Assembly (NCBI RefSeq): GCF_963853765.1
Contig: NC_088860.1
Span: 23,808,001-23,872,000 of the forward strand
Reading direction: 5' to 3'
Source of the DNA: Magallana gigas
Lineage: Eukaryota
Length of the DNA stretch: 64,000 nucleotides
The position numbers and the translations under genes were made by a program. Shown piece by piece: positions 28,740 through 40,431 of the stretch (the first letter of the stretch is position 1; every line of letters begins with the position of its first letter). A model generated the notes under the pieces. The model saw nothing but the letters and a program-made list of their open reading frames with translations. It was not told the DNA's origin and did not search any database.

Positions 28740-29631
28740 TTTCTGACAACTTTAGTCTCCGAGTCGGTTAAAATCTATAATATCTATCTGTATCAAGCTA
28801 TCATTTAAATCACAATTCAGTACACCAAATGTGTTATATCCCTTACGGGTCACCATATAACTTATCTCAAATAAGTTAGATGGTTTTGATCTACGTATAA
28901 TGAAGTGCTTTTCAAGATATGATTTTTGATAAAAAGGCACGATTATAAATGTAAAACGTAATCAAAAATTCTGGTTTACTAAGTATAAATACGATAACAA
29001 TAAAATATACGTACATATTTGAGGTAACAGTTCCGGACCGAACCGCTTGCTGACTCGAGAGATAAACAAACACAGCGATATTTCAACTAAAGCATACAAT
29101 TATAGTTGACCAAACTACGATCTCAAACTTCCATGTCATACGTTCATGTATATTAAATGAGATCACGGGGAGAACGTTCGGATCTCTATAAATAATTTCC
29201 TACGGTATCGTATGTACTGCAAGTCTTGTTTTAATAACGATATTATTTATATATACAGGGTTTGTATTAATTCGTCGTCAGCCGAACTTGTTTATTTGAT
29301 ATCAACAAAGTAAAATATATTCTTAATTAAGGCTTTCAAAATTCTAACCGTCCCACGGTTTTTATGTGAAACCCATGTTTAAAAAAGAATGAAAATCAAT
29401 ACCATGATGCTGTTTCTCATTATCAAATCCATATTAAATTTTTCTATTCATATGTATTTTTAATTGATTTCAATGCAATCATGCCATATTCAGACATTTT
29501 ATCTCACAATGTATTCTGATCATAATAAATAATGTCATATTCAATATTACAAGCGAAAACCACCTGTGGAAAAAGAACAACAAAATGAGCCCTGTTTCAA
29601 TGTTCGACATTCTTTTACTCTCTGAATAGTT

Positions 29632-31130
29632 TTACGGTTTAACAAAACTATAATGTGGCCACGTCCTGATCTCGTGGTACAAAGCGTCCCCGGGACAGTC
29701 AGTGCTTCCAACATCCCGGTGACCGTACAGATGGTAGGTGGACGTGATGTAGCCATGGCTTATTCCGCATTGGATCAGATTCTTGATGGCGTTCAATGCT
29801 GCGTCGTTTGGTTTTCTGTGCATGTAACTTCCCATGACGGACGCGGCGAATCCCCGGCTATTGTAGCCCTGGGTATGGGCTCCCACGTGATGCCAGCCTC
29901 GCCCCTCATAGACAGCGCCGTCCTCACCCACAAGGAAACTGTACCCAACGTCTGACCAACCTAAATTTTCAATCGTATATTACATTAAAACATCATTATA
30001 CAGATATTTTTTTTTCAAATTAAGGAATCCCAAAGCATTGAATAAATATATGGTATATGGTTAAGATATTGCTTAAAGGCATGTTATTCTTTTTAAAAAA
30101 CTTTAACTGAATTTTTTTACTGAATTATGAAGGTATTCTTCAATACCTCTTGAATCCATGTGGTAGTTTTGAATACCGCGCGCTTGTGCTGCGCAGGAAG
30201 TGAAGTCATGGCAAAAATTCCCCTCGGTATGATGGACAAAGAAGAGGCTAGCCGGTGTATGCATGGTAGTCACACTCTTAGGATGTCTAGCTCCCCAAGT
30301 GGCGCGGGAGTAGATCTTCACATTGGAACACATACCGCTGTCGGTGCCTATGAGTTATAACAAGAGTAATAGAAAAAAATTGTTAAATGACAAAAAAAAG
30401 AAAGAAAGACGAAATTATTATATTAGTGGGAAAATTCTGTTTTGCTTCAAACTATATTCCAAATGTACATGTAGTTAACAGAAATAAGTAATGCTGTATC
30501 GTTTGATACATTGAGGTTTTATCAATTTTGTTGAGTTTCAATTTTAGCGGATTTCGTTGCTATGCGAACCCAAGAAGATAAATGGCACTAATTTTTTAAA
30601 CACGAAAACAGTTTGTATTGATAGAGTTACACCCCACCAATTCACTCATTGAAACAGTTTCTTTAACGACAGTCAAGAAAAGTGATACCAACGAATATTC
30701 ATTAAATGAAATTATGTCTATTCATCATCAATGAGTTTTATATCATATGTTTATTAACAATGTTGTCTTAGTTGAAAGTGGCCACACCTGATGAAGAATG
30801 TGAGGTACAGCATCGTCGATGTGTCCCCCCGGAACAGAGACCGGACACATATCCCCCAGAACAGTGAAGGTGGTCGTCCTGGCAGGTGCCCCCTGTATTG
30901 TGACAAGGTGCGTCACTTCCTGTCGGAACACAAAGATTCATTTACAAATTATCAACGTTTTAAGGAAATCAAGAAAATATTACTCTGCAAAAAATGTTTG
31001 CGGTAAATAAAAACGAAGATTTTTAGCATTTTTGATGTAAAGAGATAAATGTGTTTTGGAAATTAAAAAAAACCCATTTACCTAGAGCTGAGACTACAAG
31101 AGATGCGAAACAGAGAAGCGCGATCATCAT
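29632..31130 (-). CDS. PGRP: Secreted PGRP amidase with N-terminal defensin-like domain (PGRP-1), 236 aa; exons 31082..31130,30788..30919,30147..30347,29632..29960
   Basis: Signal peptide MMIALLCFASLVVSALG, then 6-Cys exon CHNTGGTCQDDHLHCSGGYVSGLCSGGTHRRCC, then Amidase_2 motifs VHHT, DVGYSF, YEGRGW, GHRD, TDCPG. All introns are phase 1. Confidence 0.93.
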
Positions 31131-31773
31131 GGTTTGAGGACAAGTTCAGTGCACAGGCTTTGACACCAATGAACTAAGTCGCGTTTATCATATCACATTA
31201 TACCAAGATAAGAAACAACACAATACTGTCTTGATATATCTATTTTAATCTATCGTCATTTGACATTATTGAACTGAAAGTTGCTTGAACATTCCTAATG
31301 AAATTAATAAAAAATTATTTACTCCAATCCCTTTTTTAAACATTATGTATAGAGTGAATATTGTTTCAACGAAAACACTGCTTAGAGATATCGTGCACAT
31401 TTATTACCATACCAAAGACAAAAATACATATTAAAAATCATTTTCCAACCTCGTTTGGTGCAGTACAACTTAATCCGAAAGACATTCTTACGTAATCAAA
31501 CCGTTAAAAACATTTACTATTGTGAGGACATTATATCTAGTTGTCATTGTCTTTTGTCAATTTTGTAGGGAAAGTTAAAAAATCAAATGTATTTCAAGCT
31601 TTTTTTATTCATTACCATATCATTTATTTGTTGCCCCCTTGACACAAATGTTTCACAGTCCATTAATAAACAAGAGTAATAACGTGTCCCTAGCGCCGTT
31701 ATCTACAGAGTTCATGTCCAGGAACTGTGCCTATGTTATCCTTGTTGTCATTGGACATATCCTGGAACTTACC

Positions 31774-33448
31774 ATGTTGATTGCTTTATTTTTTTCTTGC
31801 ATAGTTGTCATACCTTTGGTGGCAGGTAAATCATAATATAATCAAGTATACATTCTGTTTGGCTTTTAAATTATTGTTTTCAAGCTCATTTAAAGAGTCT
31901 GTTTTAAAAACAAAAGAAATGTGGTTCCTTTTATTAAAAATACGCAATTCATGTTACAGGAAGTGATGCTCCTTGTCATAACATTGGTGGAACATGCCAA
32001 GACGACCATTTGCATTGCTCCGGAAGTTACGTCACTGGCTTGTGTTCAGGGGATGCTCATCGTCGATGCTGTTCATCACATACAGGTAAAGCTATCATAT
32101 GATATACGATTTTGTTATACTTTCATGTTAAATACTGAAATCTGATTGGTTAAGACGCAGTTAATAATATTTACTATTACCCTCAGCGTTAGCAACGCAC
32201 TTGGCAACGGGTAACATTAAAAAATGTTACATGCGCGAAAATTATGCGCGTACGGTTCGCTGTAGAATTTACGTTATTCCTATATAAAAGCAGTAAAATT
32301 TTCTTAAAAATTTTAAAAAAGACATTCAGTATAACAAAATAAATAGTGCCTGTTTGGGAGGATAACAGTTGAAATTGACACCCCTCGAAAACCATTGTCA
32401 ACCTCCGCTTCGCGTCAGTTGACAATGGTTTTCTCGGGGTGTCAATTTCAACTGTTACCCTCCCAAACAGGCACTATTTATATAATATTTATAGTATGAA
32501 CATATTGAATATAATATTAATATATTTTAATTGGTTTAAAAACAAGCTCGAGATTCTTATCTTCATATTATATGAATTACAATAATTGTCATACACCATT
32601 ATATACAGAACAAAATAAGTTGGAAAAAAGAGCAAGATAATGTTACCGTACATACTTAATAATCATTTAAATATGTGATTTTGAGCTGATATGAAAAAAA
32701 AATTATTTATAATATTCGATTGAGCTTTCCTGTTCATTCAGTAAGAGCTAATGTATTTTTGGGGGGTATTCTTTGGCGACAGCCGTGGACATTGGAGGTT
32801 GCAGTGGGGTTAAGATATACTCGCGTGATAGCTGGGGCGCACGGCAACCAAAGAGCTTCTCCACTTTCCACACTCCCGCCAGTTTGTTCTTCATCCACCA
32901 TACCGCGGGGCATGGATGTCACGACTTCGACAGCTGTGCACATACTCTAAGGGGAATCCAGAATTACCACATGGATACACGAGGTACTAAATACAAATGC
33001 TTAATACCAAAGGGACTTAAAAGTACTAATTACGCGATTATATAATAAAGGGAAACAATATATAAATGGATGAACCGATACTTATACCTCTTTAAATTTA
33101 ACTATTTTTCCTTTTTGAGGTTGGAATGATATCGGATACAGTTTCCTTGTGGGCCAAGATGGCAACGTATATGAGGGTCGGGGCTGGCATCACGTGGGTG
33201 CGCACACGCAGGGGTACAACAGCCGCGGGTTCGCTGCCTCATTCATGGGGAACTTTATGACCCACCTCCCCAACGCGGCATCTATGAATGCAGTAAAAGC
33301 GTTGATAGCGTGTGGTGTCCAGAAAGGTTACATCTCTCCCAGCTACCACCTGTACGGTCACCGCGATGTGGGCTCCACCGAGTGTCCCGGGGACCAGCTA
33401 TATAAAGAGATCCAGTCGTGGCCTCATTACAGCCACACACATCCTTAA
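31774..33448 (+). CDS. PGRP: Secreted PGRP amidase with N-terminal defensin-like domain (PGRP-2), 235 aa; exons 31774..31825,31960..32085,32783..32983,33120..33448
   Basis: Signal peptide MLIALFFSCIVVIPLVAG, then CHNIGGTCQDDHLHCSGSYVTGLCSGDAHRRCC, then IHHT, DIGYSF, YEGRGW, GHRD, TECPG. Exons 3 and 4 have the same lengths as in PGRP-1 (201, 329). Confidence 0.93.
32175..32481 (-). mobile_element. Hairpin-headed repeat family 1, copy b (PGRP-2 intron 2)
   Basis: Reverse-complement homolog of 13209..13508, palindrome at 32339..32481. Confidence 0.8.
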
Positions 33449-34628
33449 AGAGCAGTCTATGCGAACTTTTACTTACATTCCTTATTATGATTTCTTTGAC
33501 AAATGAATGCTTTCAGTTGTCTTTTGCTTATAAAATGATGCACACAAAGTACGTATTTATACTGTAAAACACGGTTGTAGCATGGTGCCAGGGACAAACA
33601 ATTTAATTAATTTGGATTCTTTAAAACCGTAATTATTTAGTTACCATATCTGTATATTCGATGATAATAAGATATATCAGTAGAATAAAGCTGACTTCGA
33701 TGTAAGCGTGAATTCGTATTAAAGCATTATCGTTGTTGCCATGTTCTATTGTGGTACAGAAATTTAGTCAGAAACCGACTACAAAACAAGCCATGGTTCT
33801 TAAACTATATAAAAGAAATTAATTCAAAATGTTTTGGTTACCAATTCTGGCTTCATTAGCGAAATGGACTCACTGTGTTCCAGTTCGTCTAATTATTATA
33901 CTTTGTATACTACATGTAGATCTAAGTGTCTGCAGTTATGAACAATGTATATCAAACAGTTATTGACGGGGTATGAGGGCACATGTTATTTATTTTGGCC
34001 ATTATTTCGGTTTATAAAATTTCAATGTTATAAAAACAATTCTGAAGTTTTTTTCCAAAATTAATTGGGTCTGAATTTTTCCCGTTAATATACCTTTTTT
34101 CATAATGAGGAATAAAAACTGGCAAAATTTAAAACGTCTCTCAACACGTTAGATTCCGGCAATGATCATTTATGATTAAGCGTTTTTAATAATGACATCA
34201 TTCAGCTGCTCAGTAAAGCATTTACAAAAACCAAATATATGTATAGATCTATTTATGAGCGTTTCCTTGTATATCGCTAATCTTTTATAGGGAAGAATAA
34301 AAGAAAACGGAATTTAAAAAGTTCTGAGAAAGTATGTAAATGAAAATAAAATGTACTTTTAAATAAAGATTCAAGTATATAAGTATTTCTTACATCAAAC
34401 AGGTTAATAGAAAATTTCTGAAAATCGCTGTGAATAAAATAAAACGAGCTATCAACAACCCATGCATAACTCATAATCAGGGGAAAGAACTCTGCATTGT
34501 TTATAAACCGGGGCGTAAAAAATATAAATATTTTCTGTATTATCGAATATTTATTTCAACTAAAATTTCGTATATTAACGTGTAGTTTAAAAGAAAAATA
34601 GATATTCGAAACTATGTTGATTGATGTT

Positions 34629-34670
34629 TGACGCAATCGTGTTTATGACGTCACAATGATTATTCACGTG
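34629..34670 (+). promoter_or_regulatory. Putative promoter of the orphan gene: TGACGCAA, perfect CRE TGACGTCA (34646) and E-box CACGTG (34665)
   Basis: Three motifs within 42 bp, ~100 bp upstream of a CAAG|GTAAGT donor at 34773 that could splice to the AG|ATG at 35319. Confidence 0.4.
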
Positions 34671-34864
34671 GTCTATCTCTAAGCAGATAAACCGAATCAG
34701 CACGCGAATAGTGACAGCATTATCTTAGTCTCTTTTATAGGCTCTCATATTTGCTTGGAAAATACTTTCAAGGTAAGTTGTGTTTTACATTTTATTATAA
34801 GCTCTTAGACTAATATGAGTCTATAAAAAATATTTATGTACTTATCTTGAGATTCATTAACTGT

Positions 34865-35010
34865 GGCGTCGGAAGAAAATTCAAAGTGTAGAGGGGGGGG
34901 GGGGGGGGGGGGGGGGGCTAGTATCCTCAAAATATTATAGATATGGTTATGTCTAAGTTTGCAAAAAAGGGGGGCTAAGCCCTCCTCCTTCCCTAAACGG
35001 TACCAACGCC
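34865..35010. mobile_element. Small poly-G-containing MITE-like element
   Basis: Imperfect terminal IR GGCGTCGGAA / TACCAACGCC flanking a G27 run. Confidence 0.45.
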
Positions 35011-35318
35011 TATGATCTATGATAAAATATGGTGGAGCGAATAGTCCTTTTGCTTACCTTACATTAGACCACACATATCTGATTTTGTTGATTTTTATAG
35101 TTGATTGATAAACGTAATTGACGATGAAATGTTTGTAAGGCCAATTTCATTTAGATAAAAATCAAAACTGCTTTCACCATTTATTAAAAGCAATTTACAT
35201 TCGTTTGTAGGATTAATATGCCAACACATTTTATTTTATTTTTTTGATTAAAGCATTTTTTTAAAGACAAAATATCTGTTACCATCACAAATCTTAAAAA
35301 ATCAATTATTTATTTTAG

Positions 35319-36542
35319 ATGGTAAGAAGAGATTCAAAGCTGGTAAAGAAGCCAGCGTTTATGCACGACAAGATGTACGACATTGTGCCAGACATAACGA
35401 CGACCAAACGTATGCACGGGGTGGAAGATATTCCTACCATTCCGAGACAGAAACCCCTTCCGCTCACAGCTACCGGTAAAAAGTACGAAGCATTGCCAAA
35501 TCTCGGAGATGTTCATGCTCCATCTAGATGTAACAACAATGCCACTTTAACCAGGCCCAATCCCTGCATCAGCCCCGACATCTTATCTCAACCTGACGTA
35601 AAGAAACCTAGAGTCCCTCTTGCTTGCTTGGACTTGAAGAGTATCAAACAAAAAATCGACAAAGCTGAAAAGAAGGAGAAGAAAGTCAAGAAAAAGAAGT
35701 CCAAACCAGCTCCAAAGCAAATGACCGCATACCAGGAAGAAAAGCCAAACGTACAAAAGGAGAACAATCCTCCATTGGTCCATATTCCTCGTCCTCCGGA
35801 CACTCCATTAGATCCCTCAAAACCGAGACGAATTGTCCGAATCAAGCAGGAAATGTTCTACCAATCTCTAGGACCGGAGAAGATTGCAGAAATAGTAAAC
35901 ATGGTCACTGGTAATCAAGAAGGACTTGGCTACCTTCAACAACTACATGTAGGTGAAAACGATTACATGAGTTCGGAGCAGCAGTATGGATACATCAATC
36001 CCGACCCTTTTTCTGGATACGTCCACCCAGCTGACTCGCTACCAGGAGTCAGTTATCCCAACCAGGGAACAGGATATTCCGATAACTTCCCTGGATATAT
36101 CCACCCAGCTGATACGCTGCCAGGAGTCATGGACTCAAATCAGGAGATGGGATATTCGTTCCCTGGATATATCCAACCAGCGGATACACAGCCAGAAATG
36201 ATGGATACCAATCAGGATATGGGATATCCATGTCAACTTCCTGGACTAAATTTGTTCAAATCAGAACCGAGTTCGAATAATGTAGGTGACTTTCCTCAAA
36301 TTAAGCGCAATGCACCTGAGGAAATGTTAGGATACGTCAAACCAAAAGATACTAGTAAAGACAGTTTAGTGGCAAATCCCTTGATTTTACCTAAACCTCA
36401 GAAGCAAATATTCAAATGTGCTAGTCAGGAACAATTTAAATCTTTGTGTAAACGCAGCACCATGCAATCTACTCATCAGAAACAACGCTCCAAGAACACC
36501 CACCAGAAACTCCTCTCCATCAACTCTAATGTGACCATTTGA
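35319..36542 (+). CDS. Uncharacterised 407-aa protein, Pro/Lys-rich, with three ~24-aa tandem repeats
   Basis: 1224-bp open frame, more GC-rich than its flanks. The ATG directly follows a pyrimidine-rich AG. Basic cluster KKEKKVKKKKSK. No domain recognised. Confidence 0.75.
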   Translation: MVRRDSKLVKKPAFMHDKMYDIVPDITTTKRMHGVEDIPTIPRQKPLPLTATGKKYEALPNLGDVHAPSRCNNNATLTRPNPCISPDILSQPDVKKPRVPLACLDLKSIKQKIDKAEKKEKKVKKKKSKPAPKQMTAYQEEKPNVQKENNPPLVHIPRPPDTPLDPSKPRRIVRIKQEMFYQSLGPEKIAEIVNMVTGNQEGLGYLQQLHVGENDYMSSEQQYGYINPDPFSGYVHPADSLPGVSYPNQGTGYSDNFPGYIHPADTLPGVMDSNQEMGYSFPGYIQPADTQPEMMDTNQDMGYPCQLPGLNLFKSEPSSNNVGDFPQIKRNAPEEMLGYVKPKDTSKDSLVANPLILPKPQKQIFKCASQEQFKSLCKRSTMQSTHQKQRSKNTHQKLLSINSNVTI

Positions 36543-36874
36543 ACATGTTTTAATGAATCGTTTGAGTAGTTCAGTTTTTGTAACGAACATTTGTAATCTC
36601 TCTGATTTCTGCATCTGACAGTGATTGGTCCGTTCCGTGGCATTGGTGTATGGAAATACGAACTATTGTGAACAGAACTGCAACTTGTCTACTAGATTTT
36701 ACAATTTATTTTATCAAGGGTCCCTTTGAGTGCAAAGTTTAAAACCAAATATTTTTTCTCTCCATTTATAATATGCTTTTCAATCGAATCTTATTGTTCA
36801 TTGTTTTATTAAAGAAAATACATGTCTTATATAACTTACAATCAAACATGTTTTCCTTTTCTGTAAGACTTCGT

Positions 36875-36877
<3 letters not shown>

Positions 36878-36945
<68 letters not shown>
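36878..36945. repeat. (GA)n microsatellite
   Basis: Direct reading. Confidence 0.95.
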
Positions 36946-36947
<2 letters not shown>

Positions 36948-37686
36948 TTCTACGCCCGAGCACAAGATTAACTAGCACTTTGTACACAGTCGTAATAAAG
37001 TTTCCCTCCTAGGTTCAAAACCTGCTCTGGAAAAGAATTTTCATAATGAGAGAAAAGTGAGCAAGCTCAGATGTCCCCGCTCCCACATTACTTGACACTA
37101 CTACACATACACACTACTACACATACATGTAATCAAAGGCAGGTTAAAATAAATTAAAATGGGCTTATCCCCGAAAAATATTCACACCAGGCTTTTTTCT
37201 TTAACAACAGCAAAAGTTAAAGAAGTCAATTTTTTCAAAATAATCAAATCTGTATTTCTTTGTCATATTTACATCTATAAAATGAGCTCTAATACCTAAA
37301 AGTTTATTAAAATGTTTTTTAAATTTGTTTTTGTACTATAAGTCAATACTGACCAGCTTCTGTTTCTAGGTATAATACACTGGTAATCGACCAATCAAAA
37401 TGAACTTATAGTATAAATATATTTAAATTTTAAAATTTTGAAATATCTTAATTTACTATATTTAAATTTTAAAATTTTGAAATATCTTAATTTGGAATTA
37501 TATTTTTCCATGAATATATACATATTTCTGTGTTTCTGTTCTTGTCTGTGATAACACTACGAATCGATTTTGTACTATACATTCCAATAGATTCAAATGA
37601 TGTATTGTTGGTGCGCAAGCGGGGTTTGCATACTTAATTTTAAAATTTGTAATCGTACAATTGCTGAAAGTTACATGAATATAACT

Positions 37687-37835
37687 AATAAGGAATCATT
37701 CTTTGAATATCATAAGATGATAATTTCGGTCCGGGCGTGATCAAATCTGTCATTAAGCCCTTTGGGCTTTATTGGATTTGATCATGCCCCGACCAAAATT
37801 ATCACCTCATAATACTCAAAGATTGATTCCTGATT
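37687..37835. mobile_element. Hairpin repeat family 2
   Basis: ~60-bp arms (AATAAGGAATC...GTGATCAAATC / GATTTGATCA...GATTCCTGATT) with GCCC-TTT-GGGC in the loop. One arm recurs at 52941..53000. Confidence 0.7.
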
Positions 37836-38279
37836 TCTTAATTATTATTTTTTTTTTACATTTTTTTTTTCAGTTGGGCTTATAATATACACGCAACAGA
37901 GAAAGCGACATTTTATTAGATTATGGCCTTCTTTCAATAGGACCGTTTCTTCCAATCAGAATGCATATGCATAAGCTTCCTAAGGAGTGTGCACGTTGTT
38001 TAAGAACCACCGGATAGCACGTGATTTTGAGGGCGTGTTCAACAGAGCGGGTGCTCGCCAAAATTCCCTTTAGAACCATTTCAACAAGAGCTTAGACTTT
38101 GGGTCGTTGTGTTAAACAGCAATGTGACGTAGGCCTGTCTGTTTCATTGTCAGCCACGGCTCTCTGAATTCAACAAGAATTGTCTGGCTTTTGAGCTAAG
38201 ACTACGCAATCCGTGCATATTTCGCTTGAAACCGCATCGTTTTAAACTTGTTTTCACGCAAGAAATAGATAGCTACGTC

Positions 38280-38582
38280 CTACTGAAAGTCCAGGGGGGG
38301 GGGGGGGGGGGGAACTGCCCTCCTTTTTGCGCAGCAAAGATTTTTCTTAAGTTTACATAAAGAAATTAAATCAACATGGAGTTGCTCCCCCCCCCTCTTT
38401 TCTGTGACCATGTAAAAATTGGAATTGAAAATAAGGAAATAAACAGTGAAATTGAACTGAAAATGTAAAGTATACCTGCCTCTGGTAAGTACTTTTCCTT
38501 TTTTTTTTTTTTTTTTTTTTTTGCTTATCAAGATTTTTTGGATGAGTCCACTCCCCTTTCAAAAAACGATGCTACGTGCCTG
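38280..38582. repeat. Poly-G/poly-C/poly-T MITE-like repeat
   Basis: Its end TTTTTGGATGAG...AAAAAACGATGCTACGTG recurs at ~47340-47410. Confidence 0.45.
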
Positions 38583-39989
38583 TGACAGTGTATACATTGA
38601 TTATATCCGGTTCATGTTATTCATGATCCACAGAACGTTTAGTCAACTGAATGTAGACCGAGAGATAAAAAAAGACTTAATGATTCAATCTTACTTCTCA
38701 TAAGGGTTTTGTCATAAAGATGCAAACAAGTTTAGCTTTTAAAAAAAAACTTACTGTCTTTAGAAAAAACCCTAAACAGCAATATTAGTTATCAAAGACA
38801 GTTTAATTCTTTTTATATAATATGTCACCTTCCTCTACATAGCATGGCGAGTGAAACATTTTATGTCATGTGTCGTTTAAGCCTTCGTGTCTAAAATTGA
38901 GAACTGCGTACCCGAGCTTGTAAGTTGTGATCGACTATAGGGTAAAAGAGATCTTAGGTAGGGTCGTAGACTCGTATTATTTTTATAAAATCAAAGTTAT
39001 CCCACTGCATTTATCTATCTAGGGTGCAAATAACTTTACCGATATTAGACATACCGCATCAATTTTTTTTATTTTGAATAAATATTTGAATAAACAATGC
39101 TAAAAGAAAAACAAATAATTTCAATAGATATTATAAAATATGACTTTCAACTAGTTGGACCTGAAAACCAAAGGCTGAATTTCATTCATAGCAATTTTGT
39201 ATTGCTTTTTCGTTTTCTCACTTTTAAAGATTTGAAATCTACGAAATTTGTTAAGTCGTACATGAAAATAGTAAATTATCTCCCTTGCGCCGAACAGTAT
39301 TTCAACCAATGAAATAAATGTAAATTATCACATCATGTATTTTCTACCAATCACAAAGGAAAGGAAGTGCACAACCCGGAGACTGTAAATTATTTCAACT
39401 CTCTTTACCGTCTTCCAAGGAAGAGTTAGACGGTAACAAGCTAGATTGGTGAGCTAGCGCTGTAGCAATCATAAAACACTAAGCAGATTTCTAAAACATT
39501 GGTTTAAGTTTTTGAATCGATTAATTAACAATGGGAAGGCACAGTGGTGTACTGGAATTGTGCTGGAGTGGGGTCTCAATATAAATTGTGAATCTAGAGT
39601 GGGCTACACATCGGCAATGACAAAGCTCATTGGCTGTGCCTTAATCATTATGTACCTACTGTAATTTCAATTTCGAGGTAAAATTTTTCAGGAACTATTA
39701 GTACTGTTTTGTAGCAAGGTCGGAAAACATATCCGAAGTTGTCTTCCGAGCTTGAAGGAATTTAAGATAAAGCTACATACATGTTATTTATTATATTATT
39801 GAAAATAACTTTGCATTATAAGACCAAAGCTACTGTTACTTTTTGACATTAACGATAAAACACAAAACTTCACGTAAAGATGATAATTTAAAAACGTAAT
39901 TCAAATTGTACAGTTTATCTTCAGTAGTACAGTATTTCCAGAATCCCCTACTATGGAGTCGGGCATGCGTATTCCAGTGAAAAGGACTA

Positions 39990-40035
39990 ACGTAGTTGCT
40001 AGCGCTCGAGAGCGCTAGCAATTACGTGCGACTAG
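39990..40035 (+). mobile_element. Possible Helitron 3' terminus (hairpin + CTAG)
   Basis: 18-bp stem ACGTAGTTGCTAGCGCTC-GA-GAGCGCTAGCAATTACGT followed 4 nt later by CTAG. The next base is A rather than the canonical T. Confidence 0.35.
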
Positions 40036-40431
40036 AGGCATCATATTAAAATATTGCTTGCTGCGTCACTTTCCTTTTCTTCTTTTTTTTTTTAGAATAG
40101 AAGAGTAAATAATTCATATTTCGGCTAAACACAGCGAAAAAGAATTTCATGTAAAGAAAATAACTGATAGACCTTGGTATTTTCCCAGTAGTCAATACAA
40201 AGACTATAGATGTACTTTGAAATGAAGTATTTTCATTAATAATAATTATCATAGTAGAGTCAGGTATAAGATATTGTGTGATAATTATGTGTTTACTTTC
40301 AAAAAAATATAACAAGACCAATTAACGATTTATTTTTATTTATTTATAGTTGTTCGTTTACTTTTTTCGGAGATTTTGTTTCCACCAGGGACGTATAATT
40401 ATACTAACTATACGTTATATATACTAGTATC

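Noticed and set aside
29653-29955. Antisense ORFs over PGRP, NK7, orphan and SLC16 exons (e.g. 29653+, 32734-, 35588-, 55742+, 56082+)
   Set aside because: These are shadow frames of real coding exons with no independent features.
31131-31773. NF-kB sites in the PGRP bidirectional promoter
   Set aside because: Only degenerate matches (GGAACTTACC, GGGAAAGTTA) that are expected by chance.
36766-37012. ORFs with (SL)n or (RE)n runs (also 53021..53498)
   Set aside because: They are translations of GA/TC microsatellites.
37419-37493. ~41-bp direct duplication (and a similar one at ~54421/54551)
   Set aside because: Simple local AT-rich duplications with no sign of function.
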